Source of the DNA: Candidatus Geothermincola primus
GTDB lineage: Bacteria; Actinomycetota; Geothermincolia; Geothermincolales; Geothermincolaceae
Assembly (NCBI GenBank): GCA_015711725.1
Contig: JACVIX010000003.1
Coordinates: 1-54,972 of the forward strand
DNA length: 54,972 nucleotides
Reading direction: 5' to 3'
Of this stretch, positions 20,199-29,950 are shown piece after piece. The notes beneath the pieces were generated by a model. The model searched no databases and was not told the DNA's origin. It worked only from the letters and a program-made list of their open reading frames with translations. The stretch's first letter is position 1; the number at the start of each line of letters is the position of its first letter. Position numbers and translations under genes: made by a program.

Positions 20199-21132
20199 GT
20201 ATAAACTCCCTGTAGACGCAGTCTAGATTGTCACATTGAAAACACTCGGTGCTCAAGTAGCGGTCACCTCTGTCTGGAAGTATCACCACTATCCTTCCTC
20301 TCTCCATCTCCTCGGCAAGCTGCAATGCGGCGTGCACTGCCGCTCCAGAGGAGATCCCCACGAAGAGTCCCTCTATATTGGCTAAAACCCTGGCGGTATT
20401 GAAGGCGCACCCATCCTCGACGTTTATCTTGCGGTCCAGAATGGAGAAGTCAAAGATGGGGGGAACGAAATCCTCCAAATTACGCAAGCCTTGAATCCTG
20501 GAGTTGCGATAGGGTTCCACCCCCACCACCAACAGGTGGGGATATTCCTCCTTGAGCCTTTTACCCACTCCCATGATGGTGCCACCCGTCCCTATTCCCG
20601 CCACCAGCGCGTCGATCTCTTCCACCTGCTGAAGGATTTCGACACCGGTACCTTCGTAATGGGCGCGTACGTTATCGGGGTTGGCGAACTGATTGGGATG
20701 GTAATAAATAGGATCCTGCGCCAGCTCCTCCGCCTTGGCTATGGCTCCGTTCATGCCTTCGGAGGCTGGGGTAAGGATGATCTCCGCCCCGAAAGCCTGC
20801 ATCACTCTCCTTCTCTCCATGCTCATGGATTCGGGCATGACGATCTTGAGCCTATAACCCTTGTAAGCGCAGACCATGGCCAAGCCGATCCCGGTGTTGC
20901 CACTGCTGGCTTCGATGACCGTCTTCTCATGGGTGAGCTCCCCCCGGGCTTCCGCCCCCTCGATCATATAGCGGGCGATACGGTCCTTGACCGAGCTACA
21001 GGGATTGAATCCCTCCAACTTTCCAAATATCTCCACTCGAGGATTGCTGGGAATCACTTTGGTGAACCTCACCACAGGTGTGTTGCCGATCATATCTAGC
21101 GTACTTCCTGGACGGGTGTTCAACCTAACCAT
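20167..21132 (-). CDS. cysM: PLP-dependent cysteine synthase (CysM/CysK family)
   Basis: IGNTP, KLEGFNP.SSVKDR (PLP lysine), [32 protein letters not shown]; has a Cys-containing C-terminal extension. Confidence 0.9.
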   Translation of the reverse strand: MVRLNTRPGSTLDMIGNTPVVRFTKVIPSNPRVEIFGKLEGFNPCSSVKDRIARYMIEGAEARGELTHEKTVIEASSGNTGIGLAMVCAYKGYRLKIVMPESMSMERRRVMQAFGAEIILTPASEGMNGAIAKAEELAQDPIYYHPNQFANPDNVRAHYEGTGVEILQQVEEIDALVAGIGTGGTIMGVGKRLKEEYPHLLVVGVEPYRNSRIQGLRNLEDFVPPIFDFSILDRKINVEDGCAFNTARVLANIEGLFVGISSGAAVHAALQLAEEMERGRIVVILPDRGDRYLSTECFQCDNLDCVYREFIQSLAPRKNHQ

Positions 21133-21296
21133 CTGCTTACCCCTTTTGATTATTTCCTAGCCTGGCGCGAAAAACCGCCATATTTTTACCAAAACTATCC
21201 TGTCGATTCACTTGCCTCTTGCCTATTAGAATCGCCACCCCGGGCTTAAATGTCAAGAGTGGCTGGGAAGGACTACCGTGGCTGGGAGATCGGCGG

Positions 21297-22270
21297 TTAA
21301 TTGTGAATATCTTGAACGAAAGCGAAATTGATGCCCTCGGCCTTCAAGATTAGAATCATCTCCCCCACGATCCTGGGAGTGTTGGGACGATGGAAGTGGC
21401 AGATGCCGATGGCAGTTCCATTTTTGCGCGACTTAGCCGCCAGGTTGCGCATGGCCGATCGGATGTAATCGGGGTCATTCTCGTGGTCGATAAAGACCTC
21501 GTTGCATCTCCGGGGCATTCCCAGGCTTTGTGCGGCTTGAGTGACCTTGCTCGCCCGGGAGCTATTACTATCTATCACGAATAATCCTCGTTCCCGAGCC
21601 CATTCGCACATATAGGTCATCAGCTGAAGATTGTCGCATCCCGCGGAGCCCTGATGGTTATTGATTCCCAGTACATGGGGGATAGTGGCTAGGTCGGCGT
21701 CTAAGACGCGAAAGACCGTTTCCCGGCTCATTCCCACTTCCAGTTGACCTTTGGACGAGAAGGAATGGGGCTTTTCGTTCTCCGTGGGTATATGCATGAT
21801 GATCCGATACCCAGCTAGCCAAAGTCGCTCCGCCTCCGAGTTGGAGAAGGGTTGGTGGGGCATCACCGCGAAGGTTAAGGGAGCATCTATGCTTAGCCAT
21901 TGTGAGAGGTTGTTCTCCGTGCTTCCCACGTCATCCACCACGATAGCAATGTGGGCGGCGTGGTTACGGATAGTTTTTCTTTGGGGAATGACTTTTCGTC
22001 ATTGGAAGAAGACCCTTCTTCTTCGCCGTTTGAAGTGTGGGGGCCGCTATCTTCGCAACACTCATTTTCGCTGGAGTACCCCTCCGATCTTTCCGATGAG
22101 GAGAAGAAGACGCCTCGCAGGGGTCCCACCGGACTGAAAAGGAAAATGGCTATCATGAGAAGGGGAAGGAGAAAATAGAGGCACAACCACTTTATCTTTC
22201 TCCTGCGCCTTATCCTCTTTCTGCGCCTCCTCAGCTCTTCAATACCTGATGGATCCTGAAAAAGCTCCAT
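21297..22270 (-). pseudogene. Divergent polysaccharide deacetylase (YibQ-like), split by a single frameshift near 21995
   Basis: ORF 21893-22270 encodes a basic stretch, a TM anchor and a linker. The -1 frame continues ...HAAHIAIVVDDVG...MHIPTE...GINNHQGS...FVIDS...FIDH...AIGICH, which are typical family motifs. Confidence 0.8.
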
Positions 22271-23486
22271 AATATCTCCATCCGGCTATTTGCGCTTCTT
22301 TATCTTTCTTCCCTTCCGTTCCCAACTAGCTCGGGTATGAGCTCTATTTAGTCGTCTCAAGCCAGTTGCCAATGCGATTGCGAATCGGACTTTGTAAACG
22401 CATCACAATCCATTTTGAAATTTTTCTTATTCCATTCGGGGATATTTTATACGCAGACCCTGCCGTCGAACAAGGAGGAAGAGCAAGATGGGAAGACGCG
22501 AAGGATTTTTCAATGGTTTATTCCTAAATAGGTATCTATCGATTGAGTAACCAACAGAGGGTAATAACGGATGGAAAGGCTGAAGGTAGACGATTCCCAT
22601 ATCTAGATTCCCTTATCTGGATTGAGCAATCCCGATAGGGCAACGTTTTATCATCAAGACAAGTGCGTGTTGGGCATGTATTCTCAACATGAATGGTTTT
22701 CTCACCGCCTGCTATTTTCATCTAAGCGTGCACCCGCGATCCACTATAGTTTTCGACACAAAGCCATGAGAAACGCTTGATAGTATTCGCTGAATGTTTG
22801 AGCCGTATCCCTCAATGGGATCTTCTTCATAAAAAAGGCTTGATAATTATTCGGTTTATTCCAATGCTTTTGGTTAAAAGAGAATGGACCATTAATGTCA
22901 GTTTCGGGTCAATCGGCTGATCGAAAAATAATATATTCATTTTCAGGGTTGGCGATAAGATAAGGAATAGGGGCGGGCCTTCCGTCTCATTTGCTTTGAT
23001 GGGGTCGATGGACGATGTCGGACTCCCTTTGAAAAAGACATTGGCTGACGTAAAATTGTTTCGCAATTTTTTACGGCTCGCTAGTAAAATTTTTCCTTCC
23101 CTTGAACCTATCAGGTTTTAAATAATCGCAAATTATCTGTTGAAAAATTTTTATCGCACTTATCTATGCCTATAGATAATTTCCTATAGCGTTCCCGATA
23201 TATGAGAGGGTTATCCCCGAACACCCCTGGAGTTTACTGAAAGGGGAGGTTAGTCATATCTCAATATTTAATGTCATTTAAGATGTCATTTCAGCCTGGT
23301 CAAATTTACTTTTCCCGCTTGGGATTAGTCATTCTTTGATAAAACCAAACCTTCTATGAAAAACAAAATTTTTACTCATGAACTTATCGAGGTCCATAAA
23401 CATAGTGAACGATGGGCATGTTTTGCCCGTGGTTTTTGGAGAAAAACCGGAAATGGGGATAATGTCAAAGGAGATGGAATTAAAAG

Positions 23487-23515
23487 AAAAGAGGCGGAAT
23501 GCTTCCGCCTCTTTT
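23487..23515 (-). terminator. Intrinsic (bidirectional-type) terminator after tRNA-Ala
   Basis: aaaagaggcggaa-tgc-ttccgcctctttt perfect hairpin with A/T tracts on both sides. Confidence 0.85.
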
Positions 23516-23518
23516 TCC

Positions 23519-23593
23519 TGGTGGAGTCGATGGGATTTGAACCCACGACCTCTGCCGTGCGAAGGCAGCGCTCTCCCGCTGAGCTACGACCCC
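23519..23593 (-). tRNA. tRNA-Ala (anticodon CGC)
   Basis: GGGGTCG/CGACTCC acceptor stem with G3:U70, TAGCTCAG D-arm, CTGCC-TTCGCAC-GGCAG anticodon arm, GGTTCAAATCC T-arm, encoded CCA. Confidence 0.97.
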
Positions 23594-23861
23594 ATATCTT
23601 AAACGTGCTTTCACTTAAAAAGATTAACACCAAAATTTTAACAGATGGAGAAGTTCTGTAACAGATTTAGCTACCATTTCTTCCTACCCTTTAGGGGAGC
23701 GGAACTGAAACTTCCCCTCTCAAATTTTTCAAGATCAGATTTTCTCGGCGACTATCTGTTCATGGTAAATGAGAGCAATCCTTTCATTTGTGGATGGTGC
23801 GTGGAGGACTGGAGAGCCCCCTTTCCCCCTCATTGTCCTTGATGATGATTATAATACAGTC

Positions 23862-26399
23862 ATGAATGAGAGTATGGATTGCGCTGGGACATACGATGCC
23901 GAGTACGCGGAGATAATCCTTGACACCGCCACCAGACAGCTAGATAGACCCTTCACCTATCACATCCCGGAGGAATTAAGGGGAATGGTGAGGGTAGGCT
24001 CGGCGGTAGTTGTTCCCTTCTCCAATTCGCGGAAGATCGGTTACGTGCTAAACTTCTGCGATAAACCACAGCTGGAGAAGATTAAAGATATCTATCGGGT
24101 TATCAGCGAGCCCCCCTTCTTTGGCCAAGAGATGGCACAGTTGTGTCATTGGATCGCGGAGAGATATATGGTTCCTCTATCCCAAGCATTTCGTCTAGTC
24201 ATGCCTCCGGGAAGAAGCCAAAGCCTGTTGGAAAATATCAAGTTGAAGGAGAGCGATGAGGAGAGACTGCGCAAGATAACTGCTCGCAGCCCGCTAGCCA
24301 AAGAAATCATCGAGTTGCTAAAGGAACATGGAGGGGTGATGCCCCTCCACATTCTGAAGGTTAACTTGCGGGGGAGGAATCTAAGCGGAGCGCTGAAACG
24401 AATGGAGGAGGCAAGGCTGATCGAGCGGGAATTGATGATATCACGCCCCGCCGTCTCCATCCTGCTTTTTAGGGAGGTCGAGCTTGAGGAGGCTGGCCGG
24501 AAAAGGCTAAAGGGACTTGTAGGGGAGGATGAAAGGAAAAAGAATGGCGTTACCCCATTGCAGATGAAAGCTTTGAAGACCTTAGAGGAGAATGGGGGAA
24601 AGCTTCCCCAGGCGGAACTGATGCGTGTCTCCGGGATAGGAAGGTCCAGCCTCCTTTCCCTGGAGAGTAAAGGATTGGTCCGCATAGTGGACACAGAGAA
24701 GTTCAGGGATCCTTTCGCGGGGCGTTTTTTCTCGAGACCGGAACATGTGAAACTCAACCGAGAGCAAGAGAAGGCTCTGCGAGCGGTAGTTCAAGCCATG
24801 GAGGATGATAGCCATGGGGTCTTTCTCCTCCATGGAATCACCGGGAGCGGTAAAACGGAAGTTTACCTACGGGCTATCTCTCACGCGCTTGAAAAGGAAA
24901 AATCCGCGATAGTGCTGGTTCCCGAGATATCCCTTACCCCCCAGATGGTGGAGAGATTCAAGGGGGCGTTGGGAGAACAAGTGGCGGTGCTCCATTCACG
25001 ACTCTCTGCGGGTGAACGCTATGACCAGTGGCGCAGGATTCGGGATGGGGAGTATCGGGTGGTAATCGGTGCGCGCTCCGCCCTCTTCGCCCCAGTTAAA
25101 CGACTAGGTTTAATCGTCATCGATGAGGAGCATGAGGCCACGTATAAGGAGAACTCCTCCCCTCGCTACCATGCCAGGGATGTGGCGATTTACCGGGCAA
25201 AGCTTAACCGAGCCGTGGTGGTGTTGGGAAGCGCCACCCCTCAGTTGGAGACCTTATGGAGAGCTCGTAGGGGTGAGTACTGCTATTTAGTGCTTCCCCG
25301 TAGAATAGATAATCGGCCTTTACCCAGGATTGAGGTGGTGGATATGCGGGAGCTGAATGTTCCCGGAATGCGCACCATCTTCAGCCCCAAATTAGTAAAC
25401 GCGCTTATCAACGTATACGAGTCAGGCGAACAAGCTATACTTTTTCTCAACAGAAGGGGATTCGCCCATTTTCTTCAATGTCACAAATGCGGGTATATCT
25501 TCCGTTGCGAGAACTGTTCGGTGAGTCTCTGCTTCCATCTTAAGGAGGACTATCTACTCTGTCATCATTGCAACCGATCCATTCGCCCTCCTTTTTTCTG
25601 TCCGGACTGCGGAAATAGGGAACACCGATTTCTAGGTGTGGGAACCGAAAGGGTGGAGGAGGAACTGCGCAGATTGCTCCCTCCCTTAAAATGCCTCCGT
25701 ATGGACGCAGACACCACCCAGAAGAAGCACGCTCACTGGGACATATTGGATAAGTTCAGGGCTAAAGAGGCAAATGTGTTACTGGGCACACAGATGATCG
25801 CCAAAGGGTTGGATATACCCAACGTGACCTTGGTGGGGGTGATCAACGCGGACACCTCCATGGCGCTGCCCGATTTTCGCGCCGCTGAAAGAACATTCCA
25901 GCTGCTCACCCAGGTGAGTGGAAGAGCTGGGCGGGGCCATTTACCAGGGAGGGTGATAATACAGACCTATTCGCCGGAGAGCAACGCCGTAGAAGCTTGC
26001 TCTAAAGGGGATGAAGAGACTTTCTATGCGAAAGAACTTAAGTTTAGGGAAGAAGCGGGTTATCCTCCATTTTTACATATTGTAAATTTAATTATCTCCT
26101 CTGTATTAGAAGGAGCAGCAAAGCGCGCCTCCCAGTTTCTAGGCGAACTGCTTCGCTCCATCCATAATTCGGTAGGCGTCTCCGTGCTGGGGCCAGCTCC
26201 CGCCCCGCTTTCCAAGTTGAAAGGAAGATACCGCTACCATCTGTTGGTGAAATCCAAGGATTTAAGGGAAGCCAGAGAAAACATTCAGATGGTTCTCCCT
26301 GATTTCGAGAGGATGCGAGCTCTTATCTGTAAAGAGGAGGAGTTAAGAAAAGAACAACTTACCCTGGCTATTGATGTCGACCCCATCTCAATGCTCTGA
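23862..26399 (+). CDS. priA: Primosomal protein N' (replication restart helicase)
   Basis: LDRPFTY 3'-binding domain, GITGSGKTEVY, VPEISLTPQ, IDEEHE, SATP, LNRRG, two CxxC-pair zinc modules, GTQMIAKGLD, QVSGRAGR, DVDP. Start re-set from 23769. Confidence 0.97.
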   Translation: MNESMDCAGTYDAEYAEIILDTATRQLDRPFTYHIPEELRGMVRVGSAVVVPFSNSRKIGYVLNFCDKPQLEKIKDIYRVISEPPFFGQEMAQLCHWIAERYMVPLSQAFRLVMPPGRSQSLLENIKLKESDEERLRKITARSPLAKEIIELLKEHGGVMPLHILKVNLRGRNLSGALKRMEEARLIERELMISRPAVSILLFREVELEEAGRKRLKGLVGEDERKKNGVTPLQMKALKTLEENGGKLPQAELMRVSGIGRSSLLSLESKGLVRIVDTEKFRDPFAGRFFSRPEHVKLNREQEKALRAVVQAMEDDSHGVFLLHGITGSGKTEVYLRAISHALEKEKSAIVLVPEISLTPQMVERFKGALGEQVAVLHSRLSAGERYDQWRRIRDGEYRVVIGARSALFAPVKRLGLIVIDEEHEATYKENSSPRYHARDVAIYRAKLNRAVVVLGSATPQLETLWRARRGEYCYLVLPRRIDNRPLPRIEVVDMRELNVPGMRTIFSPKLVNALINVYESGEQAILFLNRRGFAHFLQCHKCGYIFRCENCSVSLCFHLKEDYLLCHHCNRSIRPPFFCPDCGNREHRFLGVGTERVEEELRRLLPPLKCLRMDADTTQKKHAHWDILDKFRAKEANVLLGTQMIAKGLDIPNVTLVGVINADTSMALPDFRAAERTFQLLTQVSGRAGRGHLPGRVIIQTYSPESNAVEACSKGDEETFYAKELKFREEAGYPPFLHIVNLIISSVLEGAAKRASQFLGELLRSIHNSVGVSVLGPAPAPLSKLKGRYRYHLLVKSKDLREARENIQMVLPDFERMRALICKEEELRKEQLTLAIDVDPISML

Positions 26400-26427
26400 A
26401 AAGGGGGATGAGAGAGTGACTTGGGGG

Positions 26428-26648
26428 AAATTATGGGAAGGGTTTCGCGAAAGCTCCATAAAAAGACCGGGTATATGCGATAGAGGCGCGAGGCCTCTCC
26501 CCACTGATTGGAGCTTATAAGAATTTATTGTTCGTTAAAAAATTATAGGAAGGGTTTCGCGAAAGCTCCATAAAAAGACCGGGTATATGCGATAGAGGCG
26601 CGAGGCCTCTCCCCACTGATTGGAGCTTATAAGAATTTATTGTTCGTT
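26428..26648. repeat. 112-bp-period tandem duplication (101 bp identical) containing nested inverted repeats
   Basis: 26436-26536 is identical to 26548-26648. Each unit has a tttcgcgaaa palindrome, an aagctcca...tggagctt outer stem and an agaggc-gcgag-gcctct hairpin. Confidence 0.95.
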
Positions 26649-26914
26649 GTGAAAGTATATTGTCAACAGCATAAATTGTAATCGTGGCGTCGCAGGGCAT
26701 AAGAGAGGTCCCCGCCCATAAGTTGGTGTTCGTTAAAAGTAGTGTGGTCCAGGTCCTGGGCTCTTTGGCAATCCCGTCATCTTTCTATGAGTCACGTGAA
26801 TGCGATATAGGCTTGACAGGAAAACATTTCTATTTTTTTCGATTGGCAAAACAGAAGCACAGGACTCTGGACCTTATGTTATAGCATCATTGCTCTACGC
26901 TCTGCTCGGCTCGA

Positions 26915-27283
26915 TTAATCGCCGATGATGGCTTCTTCTCTCGCACGGCTCGAGTAGGAACTGAATTGAAGCGAGAGCCCCACCGCCTCGGCGGTTATGA
27001 TCGTTCGATTATGGCGGACCCCTTCTTTATCCATCCAGTCCTGTTGGCGTAACCTGCCGATAATGATAAGGCGGTCGCCCACCGAGCACGAAGAATTTAG
27101 ATTCTCCGCTTGTCGCCCCCACACCTCCACGTCGAAGAAGTCGGTTTGCCGCTCCCCCTCTTTATTGGAGGCTCTCCGGTTGCAGGCAAAGCGAAAACGG
27201 GAGAGCTGATGGCCATTGCTGGTAGAGATGATCTCCGGAGGGCGGACAATATTTCCCAACAATGTAACTTGGTTGTTCTGCAT
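26915..27283 (-). CDS. ssb: Single-stranded DNA-binding protein, short paralog without acidic PF tail
   Basis: NQVTLLGNIVR.PE, TDFFDVEVWGRQAEN, GDRLIIIGRLRQ..W.DKEG OB fold; about 122 aa ending EEAIIGD; RBS AAGGAGG. Confidence 0.9.
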   Translation of the reverse strand: MQNNQVTLLGNIVRPPEIISTSNGHQLSRFRFACNRRASNKEGERQTDFFDVEVWGRQAENLNSSCSVGDRLIIIGRLRQQDWMDKEGVRHNRTIITAEAVGLSLQFSSYSSRAREEAIIGD

Positions 27284-27362
27284 GAGCAAGGGACCTCCTT
27301 TTAACTTACCCGTGCGCCAGTTGTCCTGCGATGCGTCCAATTGAAAGGAGTAAAACCGGGCG

Positions 27363-27851
27363 TCAAATTTTCAATAGCGTGAATAGACACGCCATAGCCA
27401 AAAAGGTGGAATAGGGTAGCCCGTACCTCAAAAACTTCCCAACTTCTCCAAGTACCGAGGAAGCGTGGGAATTCCGGCTTTTATATAGGGAAACTACGAG
27501 CTTGGTCAATAGCGTCAGTAGAACCAATCCGCCCAAGGATATATTTGCATAAAAGAATATTTCCCAAAGAGCCGCTGTGCCCACCAGGGAACCTAAAGCG
27601 GTCAGGACTTTCACGTCCCCACCGCCCAGAATCTTTAGGGCGAAGGGGACTAGCCCCAATCCCAGCCCCAAAGCCGCTCCCTTGAGAGAGAATATCAGCT
27701 GTTTTCCTCCCGCTAGAGCGCTGATAGTTAAGGCTGTTGCCAGAGCTGCAAGGCTCAGGGCATTGGGTATCCTTCTGCAAAAGAAGTCCCAAACGCCCAC
27801 AACGAGAGCGTAAGCGATAATGGTAACCTTGAACGCTATCCCCACTTCCAC
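27363..27851 (-). CDS. tadV: A24-family prepilin peptidase (TadV/CpaA)
   Basis: WD...RRIPN and GGGDVK catalytic aspartate motifs, hydrophobic, directly after the Flp pilin. Confidence 0.88.
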   Translation of the reverse strand: MEVGIAFKVTIIAYALVVGVWDFFCRRIPNALSLAALATALTISALAGGKQLIFSLKGAALGLGLGLVPFALKILGGGDVKVLTALGSLVGTAALWEIFFYANISLGGLVLLTLLTKLVVSLYKSRNSHASSVLGEVGKFLRYGLPYSTFLAMACLFTLLKI

Positions 27852-27861
27852 CTCCTTATGA

Positions 27862-28056
27862 TTATCCCAGTCCTTTTATCAATTGGCCGAAGATCTTATT
27901 GAAGAAACTCTTGATCACGTCGGTTCCGCCAGCCCAGGCGATCAAAGCGCCAGCAACAGCCGCGGCTCCTAGGATTACCAGGGCATATTCCGCGGTGGTC
28001 TGGCCGCTCTCATCCCTCCACAGGGCTTTAGCAAAGGCGGTTAACTCTTCCATCAT
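27862..28056 (-). CDS. flp: Flp family type IVc pilin
   Basis: DESG/QTTAEYALV Flp cleavage motif (E+5, Y+6) followed by a hydrophobic helix; RBS AGGAGGTG. Confidence 0.93.
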   Translation of the reverse strand: MMEELTAFAKALWRDESGQTTAEYALVILGAAAVAGALIAWAGGTDVIKSFFNKIFGQLIKGLG

Positions 28057-28085
28057 CTCACCTCCTTTTAAATTTTATGTGAACT

Positions 28086-28979
28086 TCACAAACGGCCCCC
28101 CAAGATCATCCCTCCCACGGTGAGCAGGAGAAAAGAAGGGAGGATTAGAAACACTAGAGGAAATAGTATTTTTACCGGAGCCTTAAATGCTCTCTCCTGG
28201 AGCTGATTTTTACGGCGGTGCCTGAGCTCGCCGGAGAAGTTCTCCATGATGGCGGAGAGAGGAGACCCGAAACGCTCGGCACGCAAAATAACTCGGCAGA
28301 ATCTACGCAGATCGGGGGAGGAATTTCTCTCAAAAATTTCTTGCAAAGCCTGGGTGCGGGGCATCCCTAAATCTATGGCGCTGAGGGCCTGGTTAAATTC
28401 ATCAGCTAGAGGCCCTCTAGCCGAAGACACTGCGCGGGGAAGAGCCTGGTTGAGATTCTGCCCCGCAACCACGAAGATGGTTAACAAATCGATAAACTCC
28501 GGCAGAGAAGCGGAGATGGCTTCTTGTCTGGCCTTTTCCCGCCTGCGTAGATAAATTAGGGGAAGGTACCAGGAGAGGAGCAGGCAGGGTGGGGTGGAGA
28601 ACAATAGGAGGTAAAGGCCTCCTAAGGCGAGGGTGATGAAGGAAATGAAGGTGAAGAGGATGAGGCGGCAAGCCTGAAATTCTCCCACCGACCATGATAA
28701 GTTCGCCTTTTTGAGCTGTTCCGCATGGACGGGAAAGGGTAATTTTCCCGATAACTTGGCCAAGCATCGCCAGCATGCCTTTATAAAAACATCGTTGCCC
28801 CTCCTCTTCAGCTGTCTTTTTATGGGGGCTGAAGAGTCAACCTCGCCGACGTCTTTCCCGCTGCTTTTAATGGATCTCAGACGAAGTTTTATCTGCTCCC
28901 TTTCCGTTCTGCGCATGAAAAGATAGAGCGCCAGCGAGAGCAGGGAGAGAAAGGAGAGCGAGAAAATTAGCTCCTGCAC
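28086..28979 (-). CDS. tadC: Tad platform protein TadC (T2SS-F domain)
   Basis: LPEFIDLL...AGQNL.QAL, LGMPR.QAL, AERFGSPL, KAPVKILFPLVFLILP; GTG start overlapping the tadB stop. Confidence 0.9.
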   Translation of the reverse strand: MQELIFSLSFLSLLSLALYLFMRRTEREQIKLRLRSIKSSGKDVGEVDSSAPIKRQLKRRGNDVFIKACWRCLAKLSGKLPFPVHAEQLKKANLSWSVGEFQACRLILFTFISFITLALGGLYLLLFSTPPCLLLSWYLPLIYLRRREKARQEAISASLPEFIDLLTIFVVAGQNLNQALPRAVSSARGPLADEFNQALSAIDLGMPRTQALQEIFERNSSPDLRRFCRVILRAERFGSPLSAIMENFSGELRHRRKNQLQERAFKAPVKILFPLVFLILPSFLLLTVGGMILGGRL

Positions 28980-29950
28980 GCCTCTTCCACCTCCATGGGG
29001 GAAATATTGGCCGCGTCGCGAGCTCGCGAACGCGGCTTCAATGCAAACCAACCTGTCTCTTTAAAGCCGTCATCCACCCCCAGACGAGAGATCTTACGGA
29101 TCCACAGAAAACCTATGGTTTCCATGAGAAGGCCTACTACCAAGAGGATAAGTCCGGAGGGCGTGGTGAAGAGCGGTCGCACAAACTTGCGGGAGAAAGC
29201 GCTCTCAATCAACAAAAAAGCAACCGGAAGCGCGGATACCACATAGCCGGAAAGGCGTCCCTGCACGGTAAAAACTTTAATTTCCCTCTGGATTTCCTGG
29301 CGATCTTGCATCATCTCCCGGAGCTTTCGCAATAGTGAGGGGAGATTGCCGCCGCTTTGTTTTAAAAGGATAATGGCTGTGAGAATGACATGCAGGTCAG
29401 GGTGGTTTATCCTCTCACCTAAGGTTTTCATGGCATCCTCGAATTCCTCGCCAAGGTTGATCTGGGTCACCGCCTTCTGTAGCTCGGAAGACAAGGGTTC
29501 CTCCATCTCGGAAGCGGCGAAATCCAGTGACTGGAAGACGGAGGATCCGCCTTCTAAAGACTGAATCATGCAGTCTACAAAGTCGAATAGTTGGACCTCG
29601 ATAATCTTCCTCTTCCTGGACTCGCGAAACTTTTCTATAAAGCGAGGCAGCAACCAATAGAGGGGAATGGACAGGGGCAAGCTCCAGAAAGATCTGGTTA
29701 TCAAGTAAAGAAAGGCGCAGGGTAAGACCAAGCAGATGGTGCGGGGATGCCTGAGCAGCAGCTTTCTTGTCCCTTCCGCCCATCTAGAAATGGAGCTGAT
29801 GTCGCCTCTCTCCTCATTCTGGGTAATGGCGGCCGCACGTAGCTTTTTCTCCGCCTTCTCCTGTAGCGACTTTTTTCGGTATATATCGATGGAGATAGCG
29901 AAGGAGAGGGAGAGAAGGAAGAACATAAACGGAAGCAAGAACTTCATCAT
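28967..29950 (-). CDS. tadB: Tad platform protein TadB (T2SS-F domain)
   Basis: QL.DFVD.M..SL.GG.S..QSL, EPLSSEL, SGGNL, TVQGRLSG.VVSALP, LFTTPSG. Confidence 0.9.
   Translation of the reverse strand: MMKFLLPFMFFLLSLSFAISIDIYRKKSLQEKAEKKLRAAAITQNEERGDISSISRWAEGTRKLLLRHPRTICLVLPCAFLYLITRSFWSLPLSIPLYWLLPRFIEKFRESRKRKIIEVQLFDFVDCMIQSLEGGSSVFQSLDFAASEMEEPLSSELQKAVTQINLGEEFEDAMKTLGERINHPDLHVILTAIILLKQSGGNLPSLLRKLREMMQDRQEIQREIKVFTVQGRLSGYVVSALPVAFLLIESAFSRKFVRPLFTTPSGLILLVVGLLMETIGFLWIRKISRLGVDDGFKETGWFALKPRSRARDAANISPMEVEEACRS

Noticed and set aside
21250-21295. SAM-riboswitch-like tcaagagtgg near cysM
   Set aside because: Wrong strand relative to cysM and the remaining consensus is absent.
23356-23661. 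ORFs overlapping the tRNA
   Set aside because: Shadow translations of the tRNA and its terminator.
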